NCBI GenBank assembly: GCA_964016885.1
Contig: OZ024741.1
Span: 281,170,001 to 281,234,000 of the forward strand
DNA: 64,000 nucleotides
Direction of reading: 5' to 3'
DNA from: Eledone cirrhosa
Taxonomy: Eukaryota
Of this stretch, positions 23,600-34,470 are shown one piece after another. The notes under the pieces were generated by a model, which saw only the letters and a program-made list of their open reading frames with translations, was not told where the DNA came from and ran no database searches. The translations under genes were made by a program, and so were the position numbers. The stretch's first letter is position 1. Each line of letters begins with the position of its first letter.

Positions 23600-24310
23600 A
23601 AAAACAAATAGTAGAAAGGAAAAAGATTCTTTCAGTAGAAAATGTTGAAGAGATTTTTTTCAGAGAGATATGAAGACATTAATTTATTGTAAATAAATAA
23701 ACATTAATTTATTTACAATACCGGTTTCAGCATTAAATGCATTGTCAATTGCGGATATGCAGAATATTGTTAAGTTGCATATTTGTACAAATAGTGATAA
23801 TAGTAATAATTATGATGAAGGCAATGAAAATAAAATAAAAAGTTGAAGAAAAAAAATTAATTAATTTTCACATACATGTTCTTTCAGAGAAGTCATTTCT
23901 CTGTGTCTGTCCTACTCTGCTTCTCTGCACAACCAAGCTAGAAGCAGAGTAGGACAGACACATTGGCAGTGTCGGACGCCATGCTTTGCAGCAAAGAGTT
24001 ACGGCCCTTTATGGTCTGAGTTCAAATCCCGCCGAGGTTGACTTTGCCTTTCATCCTTACGGGGTCGATAAAATAAAGTATCAGTAATACACTGGGATAA
24101 TTGCTAGCCTTGTGCCAAAAGTAGAAACAATTATTACTATTATCACTATTTGTACAAATATGCAACTTAACAATATTCTGCATATCCGCAATTGACAATG
24201 CATTTAATGCTGAAATCGGTATTGTAAATAAATTGTCTTCATATCTCTCTGAAAAAAATCTCTTCAACATTTTCTACTGAAAGAATCTTTTTCCTTTCTA
24301 CTATTTGTTT
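23600..24310. mobile_element. Large palindromic PLE-like terminal module with degenerate hammerheads in both arms
   Basis: About 23602-23811 is inverted relative to about 24129-24310; central 23-bp hairpin 23902-23962; motif GCAA-TTGACAA-T-GCAT(tta)ATGC-T-GAAA-YCGG-TA-TTGT at 24188-24225 and 23715-23752. Confidence 0.75.
23963..24132 (+). mobile_element. tRNA-derived SINE
   Basis: B box, central domain and tail. Confidence 0.85.
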
Positions 24311-24362
24311 ATATATATATATATATATATATAATCTCTCTCTCTCTATATATATATATATA

Positions 24363-25241
24363 CAGGGTGCGGACGATATTTGTTCGCAAGATTACTGTCT
24401 AGGAAAAAATAAGACAGTAGTTTTATTTTTCAAGATATATTTATCAAACTTGGGTCAGTTTGTCTTCATGACTTGTTATTTCAATCTCACTCGATAAACC
24501 CGCCATTGACTTTGATGACGGCCTCAAGGCGGCCTCGGAACTGGCTACAGGCCTTCGTCACTGTCCCCCGACTTAGGCCCCTAAAGGCACTTGTGATCCT
24601 GGCCTTCAGATCGTCTTTCGTATTGCAGCTAGATCTGTTGGTGTCTCGTTCCACTGTGCCCCACACAAAGAAGTTGAGGGGGTTGCAGTCAGGCAAGCTG
24701 GGAGGCCAGATGTCGGGTGAAGTGTGGTCGACGAAGTTTTCTGACAGCCAGGCTTGGTATGGCAGGGCGCTGAGCCTTGCTGCCACACGTACGGCCTACC
24801 TGTAGCTACCTGGTTGATCCAGGGCTTTACTACCTCGCTCAGAACGCAGATGTAGCCATCGGTGTTCAGCTTGAGGCTCTCAGGGAAGAAGTGAGGTGGC
24901 ATGACGTCACCTTGACTGCTGACAACACATAAGACCAATGTTGTCGCTGGAAACTTTGTCTGCATGACTCTGGGTACGTCTTTGGATGAGACAGCGAGCC
25001 ATCTGTTGTTCTGGCAGTTGATCTTCTGGTCTTATTTGTCCTCCCGGCGTGGATTCCAAGAAGAACTCCGTGTCTCTTCCACAAATTTGGAGGTTCAAAA
25101 TTATTCATAATCAATTATTCTGAAAATAAATAATGGAAATATATTCACTGTTTTTATGAAGACAAGAGTGACAACGGAAGTAAAAAAAATTTGCATAAAA
25201 TTAGCAGTTGAAAATTGCGAACAAATATCGTCCGCACTCTG
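24363..25241 (-). mobile_element. Internally deleted Tc1/mariner element (maT/DD37D-like)
   Basis: 27-bp TIR CAGRGTGCGGACGATATTTGTTCGCAA within (TA)n; transposase remnants WQQGSAPCH and WPPSLPDCNPL. Confidence 0.9.
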
Positions 25242-25257
25242 TGTATATATATATATA

Positions 25258-25410
25258 TACAATGATATTAAATAAATGGAAACTATATTTATAAAACCAT
25301 ATTCTATTATATATATTTCAAGGGTACCAAAACTTTGGTACGCTCTCATCAGATAAAATACAAAGTTTGTTTTATAAATGTTGACATAACCAAGAAAAGA
25401 TACCTTAAAT
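25258..25410 (-). mobile_element. Solo 3' end (pLTR) of the Naiad-like PLE family
   Basis: Reverse complement of about 16975-17122. Confidence 0.85.
25300..25360 (-). ncRNA. Type I minimal hammerhead ribozyme
   Basis: Same fold as 17020-17080, with an intact CTGATGA/GAAA core. Confidence 0.85.
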
Positions 25411-26860
25411 AGCTAACTCCATCCACCAGAGTATTAGAGTTACTATAGACTACCCAAGCAAACACCCCAACCATCGATTACCTGTACTAGACACAGAGCT
25501 CTGGTTAGATACTATTAATAACAACAAACAAATCCTCCATTCCCATTATGCCAAACCCATGACTTCCAAATATCTGATCCACCGAAACTCAGCTGTTTCG
25601 GACCATACCAAAATCAACATACTGATTGCGGATTTGGTACGGGTGATGAGAAACGTGTCCCGCATGTGCAACCCCAAAGAACTAGAAAGACACATTCAAC
25701 ACTTCATCCACCGTATGCAGTTCTCTGGTTACAATCAGAGAGATAAAATCAGAGTATATAGAGGAGCCAGAACCAATTGGGAAAAAATGGTAAATAATGA
25801 TACAAATGGGACCTGCCTCTTGTATAGGAGCGAATTTTGGAATAGAATAGAAAGAACTAGGAATAAGGTTAATAGAATAAACTCATGGTATGATAGCAAT
25901 AAATACCAGAGTGTAATGTTCATCAATACAACCCCTAGAGGTGAGTTAGCTTACAAATTTAGAAGGGCCCAAGATAAACATAAACTCAATATTAAGATAG
26001 TAGAAAGACCAGGTACCTCCATAAAAACACTTATTAGCAATACATAACCTTTTCAAAGACCTCCCTGTATAGATAAGAAATGTATAATCTGTAAACTAAG
26101 CCCCCATATTAACTGTAAAACTAGAAATATAGTATATAGCATAAGATGTACTGAAGGACAATGTAGAGATAAGAATATAGTGTACATAGGTGAGACAGCT
26201 CGTAGTATAGGAGACCAGATAAATGAACACTGGCGAGAGTTTCAAGATAGTAAAGAATCATCTGTACTCCACCAACATGCTAAAATAGAACATAAGGGTA
26301 AATTAGAGAACATAGAAATAAAAATAGAATCTACACACAGAAAAGACGCAATGTTTAGACAAATCACAGAGGCAATAAACATAAATGAACTCCAACCAAA
26401 ATTAAATAGAAAACATAAATGGAATAGCAACATCACAACTTACAATTAAGGACAAAATGAAAACACACACACACATAGAACAAACAACGAACCAATAACA
26501 TGTAAATAAACAAATATAAACACACACAGACACCCGGATGTAACACATGCGCAAACTAAGCACACAAAAACAAGATGGCGTAGGAGAGGCACAAAAACAA
26601 AGAAAAGAATCCCCAGTCACTGAAGACGTCACAGAATGTGTGACGAAAGAACTTTGACAATATATGAACAATCGTCTGGTTGTGGAACCAACCAACCAAC
26701 CGAAAATTTATAAATTTAATTTATAATAAATTGAAGTGAAAGCAACTGGTGCGTGTGTTTCTTATTGGCAACATGACCCTCCCAAAGCATAACAATATCG
26801 GTTTCAACACACGTTTTCAGATAAAGAATCTTGCTAAACAAATTCAGAAACGAAATATAT
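25410..26860 (+). mobile_element. 5'-truncated Penelope-like element (second family; RT thumb, Cys linker, GIY-YIG)
   Basis: LPVLDT, HYAKPM...IHRNSA, C..C linker, IVYSIRC...YIGETARS..EH, TEAINI...PKLN; 3' hammerhead; ends in (TA)n. Confidence 0.9.
26616..26658 (+). ncRNA. Type I minimal hammerhead ribozyme (PLE 3' UTR)
   Basis: GTCA-CTGAAGA-C-GTCACA(gaatg)TGTGAC-GAAA-GAAC-TT-TGAC. Confidence 0.75.
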
Positions 26861-26957
26861 ATATATATATGTAAAAGGTAAACAGAAATAACAACACAAT
26901 CGGTACAGTATATGGAAGGTATATATTAGGTTAACGCTTGACATAGCAGGAAGAGGG

Positions 26958-26993
26958 TCTTAACGTTTCAGACGCTAGTCCTTCATCAGAAGA
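26958..26993 (-). ncRNA. Type I minimal hammerhead ribozyme in a ~270-bp module between (TA)n tracts
   Basis: Minus strand TCTT-CTGATGA-A-GGAC(tagc)GTCT-GAAA-CG-TT-AAGA; a decayed relative lies at about 20555-20590. Confidence 0.8.
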
Positions 26994-27151
26994 AAGAATG
27001 AGAAATAAAATAGATTGAGGAGACGGGCGGGTTGGAATTGGAAAAAATGTCTTTAGATAAAAATAACAAGTCCATATAAAAATAACAAGTCCATGTTGAC
27101 ATCTCTTGCAAAACTGTTGGTGCTGGCGTTTTGTGTATGATTTGTATATAT

Positions 27152-27208
<57 letters not shown>

Positions 27209-27209
27209 A

Positions 27210-27392
27210 TAACGAAGGAAATGTGGTAAGGAACCAGGTGGACCATAACGCACCAAAGTACTCAATACTTGAGGTAGTAGAGTGGGTAATAGGAACCAGT
27301 AAGACCCCGACAGCTGAGCTCAAGCCGTTTCGACGGCCCAGAATTAGCCGTCGAAACGGCTTGAGCTCAGCTGTCGGGGTCTTACTGGTTCC

Positions 27393-27395
<3 letters not shown>
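27210..27395 (-). mobile_element. Short module with a perfect 49-bp inverted repeat
   Basis: Arms 27289-27337 and 27347-27395, 9-nt loop, (TA)n flanks. Confidence 0.85.
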
Positions 27396-27422
<27 letters not shown>

Positions 27423-27426
<4 letters not shown>

Positions 27427-27670
27427 CAATGATATTAATACATGGAAACTATCTTTATAAAACCATATTTATTTTATTATATATATTTCAAGGGTACCAA
27501 AATTTTGGTACGCTCTCATCAGATAAAATACAAAAATTGTTTTATAAATATTGACATATCCAAAAACAAGAACTTATCATTTTAAGTTCATTTTGGTACC
27601 CTTGAAATATATATAATAAAATAAATATGGTTTTATAAAGATAGTTTCCATGTATTAATATCATTGATAT
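27423..27670. mobile_element. Inverted pLTR pair of the Naiad-like family; hammerhead on the minus strand at 27470-27530
   Basis: 81-bp arms 27423-27503 and 27590-27670; sequence matches 17000-17122. Confidence 0.88.
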
Positions 27671-27729
27671 TATATTCTAGAAGAATTCTGTAGAGTGTTT
27701 GAATAACCAATAAATCTCTTTGCATACAC

Positions 27730-30302
27730 TGGGGTACATGGTGGGCACGGTTACGGCTAAAGAAATGAAGAAGGAGTGAGGTTTCTTGAATTTTGTGATG
27801 TAAATGCACTAACCATTTGCAACACTAACTTCCAGAAGCCTACCAACAACCTGATAACCTACAAATCAGGCAAGCGCATAAGCCAGATTGACTTCCTGCT
27901 AGTTAGACAGCGGGACAGACAGATGGTGTCAAATACTAAAGCATACCCTGGGGAAGAATGTACCCCACAGCATAGGTTAGTCGTTAGTGACATCTCAGTA
28001 AGCATGAGCAAGAATGAGACATACAGGAAGGTGTGGAAAAGAAAGGTCTGGAAGCTAAAAGACCTTTCATTAAAATATAAATTTAGCAAAGCCCTTCAAG
28101 ACATGTATGACGAAAAAGAAGACGATTTAGAGTTGTATGACATAGATGATAACTGGAATTTCTTACGTGACAACTTACTGCAGGCTACTGAAAAAACTTG
28201 TGGTTGGCGCAGAGCTTCAACCAGACAGAGAGTGACCTGGTGGTGGAACAGCACAGTAGATAGGGCCATTAGAGACAAAAGACTGGCATGGAAGGCTTGG
28301 AAAAATGGTGGGAGTAGAGAAGGATATACAGCCGCTAGGAGAGAAGCTAGACGTCAGGTGTACTTAGCAGGCAAGGAGGCTGAGAGTAGGAGGTTTGCCA
28401 ATGTTCTGCGACGGGAAGATCAGAGACGTGCGGTGTTCTGCATTGCAAGGCAGTGTGTCAGTGCAAATCAGGATGTTGGAGATAAGTGTGTCCAGAATGA
28501 TGCTGGCGTACTTAGTGTCACAAATGATAAAAAAAAAGGAGGCCTGGAAATGTCACTATAAGAGACTGATGAATGGGACAGAGAGAAATTACTCCCAGTA
28601 GACCCAACAGAGGGACCAGCTATTGAGATTGACGAATATAGAGTACAAGAGGCAATTAAAGAAATGAAGAATGGTAAGGCTGCTGGACCGTCAGGGATAG
28701 TTGCTGAGATGCTGAAGGCATCAGGTGAAGTAGGCATTAAACTGGTTGCACACATCATCAATCAGGCTATATATGGTGGTGTCTTACCCAAAGACTGGTG
28801 CAGCAGTATTCTCATAAATTGCTACAAGGGTAAAGGTGATACTCTAGAGAGGAGCAATTATAGGGGCATAAAGCTGATGGATCAGGTTATGAAAGTGGCA
28901 GAGAGAATATTAGCGCAACTGATTAGAGAAAGGGTCAAATTAGATGAGATGCAGTTTGGTTTTGTGCCTCGGAAAGGTACAACAGATGCCCTCTTCTTGG
29001 TGAGGCAACTACAAGAGAGGTTCTTAGAGAAGAATAAGCCACTATACTTAGCTTTTGTTGACCTAGAGAAGGCCTTTGATAGGGTACCCCGATCTGTCAT
29101 CTGGTGGTCCCTAAGGAAACTAGATGTGAGGGCAGTGCAGGCTATGTACATTAGTGCTGTCAGTAAGTGAGAGTAGGTATGGAGTTTAGTGGGGAATTCC
29201 AGATACAAGTAGGTGTACATCAGGGTTCGGTCCTCAGCCCGCTCTTGTTCATTATAGTCCTCCAAGCCATAACAGAGGAGTTTAAGATTGGATGCCCATG
29301 GGAACTTCTCTATGCAGAATTTCTTATAGCAGAATCAGTAGAGGAGCTAGAGAATAAATTCTGGCTATGGAAACAGAAGTTGGAATCAAGAGGACTGAGA
29401 GTGAACCTAGCTAAGACAAAAGTGTTGATAAGTAGAAGAGAGTATAATACTCAGGGATCTGGCATCAGGGAAATGGCCATGTTCGATATGTAGGAAAGGA
29501 ACTGGCATAAATTCCATAAAATGTACGCAATGCAGATCTTGGGTACACAAGAGATGTAGTGGGATAGCAGGCAAACTAACAGGTAGGGAAAACTACGTAT
29601 GCTGTAGATGTACAGGGAAAGTTGGCAGTAGTAATCGCAGTGATAGACACATTTTTCTAATGCAGGTGGGTTCTATAGAAGTGGTTGATAGCTTCCGGTA
29701 CCTAGGTGATCAGATTAGCATTGGAAGGGGGTGTTCCGAGGCCATAGTATCTAGAATAAGGACGGGTTGGAAGAAGTTTAGGGAGCTGCTTCCTTTGTTG
29801 ACAAAGAAGGGTTTCTCCCTGCGTACGAAAGGACGGTTATATGATGCCTGTGTGAGATGTGCGATGCTGCATGGTAGGGAGACATGGGCAGCAACTGCAG
29901 AGTATATGCGACAGTGGGAGAGAAATGAAGCAAGTATGCTCCGTTGGATGTGCAATGTCAATGTGCGTGAACAACCAAGCATAGACGAGTTGAGAAAGAA
30001 ACTGGGTATAAGAGGGATAAGTTGTGGTGTGCAGGAGAGAAGGCTGAGATGGTATGGACATGTGATGCGCATGGAGGATGACCACTGGGTAAAGAAGTGC
30101 TAAGAAATCCCAGTAGAAGGAAGACGCAGTAGAGGTAGACCACGTAAAACATGGGCAGAGGTGGTGTGAGCAGACCTCAGATCGCTGAAACTCACCGAGG
30201 AGATGACGAATGACCGTGATAAGTGGAGAGATGGTGTGCTGAATAGGACCCATCCAACCCTTGCAAGCAAGGAAAAGTGGACGTAAAATGATGATGATGA
30301 TA
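27730..30302 (+). mobile_element. Decayed RTE LINE (APE remnant, RT, PHD), short 3' UTR, (GAT)n tail
   Basis: ORF pieces 27776-30103 align with the 982-aa ORF; several frameshifts. Confidence 0.93.
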
Positions 30303-30309
30303 TATATAA

Positions 30310-30361
<52 letters not shown>

Positions 30362-30367
<6 letters not shown>

Positions 30368-30667
30368 TAAAATAACAGATTAAAGTTTAAGCAAAGAATC
30401 GCTGCTTTCACCCTTAACGGCATCTTCTGAAACTAACAAAGTCAATCTGTAAACGCAGAACTGGATATTTCAAAAAACGTTGCAACCGGAGGAAGACAGG
30501 AAGACGATACTTTGGTTCGTGGAAACGTTCGCTGGCTAAGAACGGGAAAAAACGAATATAATACGTCATTAATAGGAGCGGTGAAAAACAATTACGCGCA
30601 AAGACAGAACCACGTTTATGGTATAATAGTCCTCTTTGGATTTTAGTCTTCAAATTTATTATTATTA

Positions 30668-30670
<3 letters not shown>
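30362..30670 (-). mobile_element. Fragment related to the Helitron at 43496-44255
   Basis: About 30365-30482 is the reverse complement of about 43830-43940. Confidence 0.6.
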
Positions 30671-30708
<38 letters not shown>

Positions 30709-30711
<3 letters not shown>

Positions 30712-33159
30712 TGAGTCCTCGATATACAGTATATATGCGTTCCTGAAACCCTTACTGTATATCGAATTACCGTATAAAGAACCCATTATAACATGAAATA
30801 GATAGGGATGCGTTCCAGCACATCGAAAAAGTCATCCCTACAGAAAAGAAATAATGTTCTTTTTTTATTTACTGTACCGTACACATGCAGTGTAGTCCAT
30901 CAGATGATGTGCCACTTCATTTGTCCCTCCCGAGGCTAAGGGACAGTATGGGTTTCAGCCCTTACTCATCTTGGGCTGAGTTGGCAGGGGAGGATGAGGG
31001 TGATGTGGGAGGCTTAAAACCAACAAACTCGTTGACTGCAGTGGATGTTGAAGGGCCAACTGTAGCATGGTTGGCAGGTGTGACTGGCTTGAAGAAAGAG
31101 TAGATGGAGGACTGTTTGGCGGTGTTTCTTTTGGCTTCATACATTTCTTGGAAAATCTTGACGCTTTTCTCGACATCTTGAGCCACTTTGCTGCTCCTAG
31201 CAGGGTTGGGGTCACGCTACTTCAGGGTTTCTAAGATTGTTTTGATACTCCCAAGACATTCTCTTAGAGTTTTTATGTCCAAGCCACGCACAGGTTCTTC
31301 TTCCTCTTCTTCTTTTTCTGTCTCCTGTATCGCCTTGTCTAGTTCTATGAGTTCATCATTGGAGAGTGGTTCAGTGTGGCTTTCCAAAAGGTCTTGTATA
31401 TCATCATCATTAACACCATCGAAGCCAGCCCTATGGCAGAGATTTACAATATCTTTTTTTATCGCACCAATGTCCTCAGCAAAGCCTTGGAAGTCATTCA
31501 CACATGCTGGCCATAATTTCTTCCAGGCCAAGTTCATGGTAGACTGCTTCACTTCTTCCCAAGTGCCTTGATGTTGTACAATTTCCACCATTCCCTGAAC
31601 GTGGGCTTGTCAGGCCCATCTGTGCTCTTTATCAGCTGCTGTATGGTTCTCCGTTGGTAGTATGCCTTAAATGTTTTGATGACTGTTTGATCCATTGGCT
31701 GAATGAGAGCTGTGGTGTTTGGGGGGAGAAACAAAACCTCAATATTTTCTGACCAGTCTTCCATTGCCCATGGGTGGTTGGGGGCGTTGTCCACTAATAG
31801 CAGAAAACGGTTGGCAATGTTGTTAGCTAATGCATATTCCTTAAGGGTTGGTGACAGATATGAGGTGAAAAAATCCTGGTGAATTGAAGTGGTCAGCCAT
31901 GTCTTCTTATTAGACTTCCATATCACTGGTAGGTATTGCTTAAGTAACCCCTTGAGTGCTCTTGGAGTTTCAGAATGGTAGAAAATGAGTGGCTTTAGCT
32001 TTAAATCTCCTTCTGCATTCCCTCCAAGTAACAGAGTAACGCGGTCCTTTGAGGCTTTGAACCCCTTCGCACTTTTCTCCACCTTGTCAATATAAGTATT
32101 ACTGGTCATCTTTTTCCAATAAAGTCCTGTTTCATCATACTTAATAACCTGTTTTTTGCTGTACCCCTTCTCTGCAATGCATTTCTCTAACTCTGCCTTG
32201 AATTTTTCAGCACTCTCTTTGTTGAAACTGGCAGCCTCACCTGTAACTTTTATGTTGTGAAGACTCGAACGTCGTTTGAACTTATCAAACTAGCCTTTGC
32301 TTGCCTTGAATACAAAGTCCTCCACCCCCATTTCAGTCTTGAGCCTGTCAATAATGGACAATGCTTTCTCACTGATTACATTTAAAGACAGAGGCATATT
32401 TTGACGATTTTGGTCGTCGATCCAAATTTTGAGCAACCTTTCCATCCTATCCATAATTGGCTCAAAATTTACTCTGTAGACTCACAGCATTCTCCCCAGC
32501 TTTTTTGACAGCCTCACTATTTTTTAAAACAGTCCAGACTGTAGACTGGGCTAGGCCTAACTTACGACTTATGGTGGACGTATCTTGCCCCTGTTCCTTC
32601 CTTTTCAAAATGTCCAGCTTTATCTCCAAAGTCAGGTTCTTCCTCATGCGTTTGGCCTTTCCATCTGCATCAGCAATATTTGCAGGACGTTTTGGGGCCA
32701 TAAGATAGGGGGTTATAAGATACGCTGTGATAATTATGCTCCAAAAATACGCCGTCGGGTTTTCTCTTACTTTGATTGATGTCATAACTCTTAACTGATC
32801 ACTTCAGTTCGGCAAAAATTCTCTCACTGAGAGGACATGTTAGTTTGCCGAACTGAAGTGATCAGTTAAGAGTTATGCCGTCATCAAACGATATCTGAAC
32901 TCGCTCGTGATTGGCCAGTTTCTCGGTAGCAGTAGTAACACAATTTTTCTAGAATTCGAATAGCAGTCAGTTTCCACAAATTCAAGGGGGAATTTATTGC
33001 TTACTACAGGTGGCGCTATGGTACAATATAAACAAAACACGACCAAAATCCGTATCTGTGAATTTTTTTTACCGTAAATAGAATTGATGGTAGTAATTAC
33101 TCAAAACCGTATCTGTGAATTTACCGGATAAAGAACTACCATATATTGAGGACGCACTG
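30709..33159 (-). mobile_element. pogo/Tigger DNA transposon with disrupted transposase
   Basis: TIR CAGTGMGTCCTCRATATA within (TA)n; MAPKRP start, HTH, DETGLYWK, KDRVT, VDNAPNH, LPPNTTALIQPMD. Confidence 0.95.
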
Positions 33160-33281
33160 TATATATATATATATATATATACGATATTAAACAAATGGAA
33201 ACTATATTTATAAAACCATATTTATTTCATTATACATGTACGATATTAAACAAATGGAAACTATATTTATAAAACCATATT

Positions 33282-33347
33282 TATTTCATTATACATATTT
33301 CAGGGATACCATATTAAAAATATGGCATGCCTTCGTCAGGTAAAATA
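33282..33347 (-). ncRNA. Type I minimal hammerhead ribozyme
   Basis: Mirror copy of 33485-33550. Confidence 0.78.
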
Positions 33348-33484
33348 CAATATATAAATAGTTTTATAAATAATTTTGACGTACCATATTATAAGCGACC
33401 ATTAAATTAGGAAGACAGCTTCCTAATTTAATGGTCGCTTATAATATGGTACGTCAAAATTATTTATAAACTGTTTATATATTG

Positions 33485-33550
33485 TATTTTATCTGACGAA
33501 GGCATGCCATATTTTTAATATGGTATCCCTGAAATATGTATAATGAAATA
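33485..33550 (+). ncRNA. Type I minimal hammerhead ribozyme
   Basis: TATTTTAT-CTGACGA-AGGCATGCCATATT(ttt)AATATGGTATCCCT-GAAA-TATGTA-TA-ATGAAATA. Confidence 0.85.
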
Positions 33551-33728
33551 AATATGGTTTTATAAATATAGTTTCCATTTGTTTAATATCGTATATCTAC
33601 TCCAATAACTTGTCGAGTGCTTTATATCAGTTATAAAATATTTACTTGTTGTAACCCAACAATTTTAAATAAAACTTTTATATATATATATATGAAAAGT
33701 GTAATTTACTACACAAAACGAAGGTTAT

Positions 33729-34223
33729 AGAGAAAATTGAGGTTGGTAATGGCACATGGAATATATAAGAGACAGAATACTTTTTTGTGAAAAAACATAT
33801 AATTTTATAAGGTAAGGAAATAATAAAGGGTATAAAAAATGACCGGTTTCGATGGGTCTGCAAAAGCCATCTTTTGAAATGTTGATTAATATTAAAAAAA
33901 ATTAATAATAAGAAGAAGAGTTAAAATTTGAGATTTGAAAATTCAAGTATAAAATTCATTGTGGGATTTCACAGTAGTTTTCATCTTGGTAGCAGCTCGT
34001 TGACTGCTGGGTGCCTTTTCAAATCTCAAATTTTAACTCTTCTTATTATTAATTTTTCTTAATATTAATCAACATTTGAAAAGATGGCTTTTGCAGACCC
34101 ATCGAAACTGGTCATTTTTTATACCCTTTATTATTTCCTTACCTTATAAAATTATGTTTTTTCACAAAAAAGTATTCTGTCTCTTATATATTCCATGTGC
34201 CATTACCAACCTCAATTTTCTCT
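33729..34223. mobile_element. Inverted pair of about 210 bp with degenerate hammerhead motifs
   Basis: Arms 33729-33941 and 34016-34223; TTGAAAA-GATGG...CCATC-GAAA-CYGG-TC at 34071-34118 and its mirror at 33836-33883. Confidence 0.75.
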
Positions 34224-34470
34224 CTATATATATATATATAATTTAATTTTTCCAACAATATTTGAATGCCAATATTTGAATGCCAATATTTATATTTTTC
34301 AATTTTCACAGAGTTTACCTAAGGTAAATATTATTTGCATTTAATCTATTCTATTCTGATCTGTTTATTCTAACAAGAATGGAATAGTCTAGTTAATATA
34401 ACAAAATGGTCTTAAATCAATTAAATGATTTATTTTAAATCCTTGTTAATCTTTATTATTTGCACATGCA

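Larger units (their letters stand above)
33181..33593. mobile_element. Near-perfect 355-bp palindrome of PLE 3' ends, plus a partial tandem copy
   Basis: Arms 33239-33414 and 33419-33593, 4-nt loop; extra 58-bp copy at 33181-33238. Confidence 0.92.

Noticed and set aside
33003-33018. CTCF-like motif CAGGTGGCGC in the Tigger 5' region
   Set aside because: Only a partial match; not supportable without binding data
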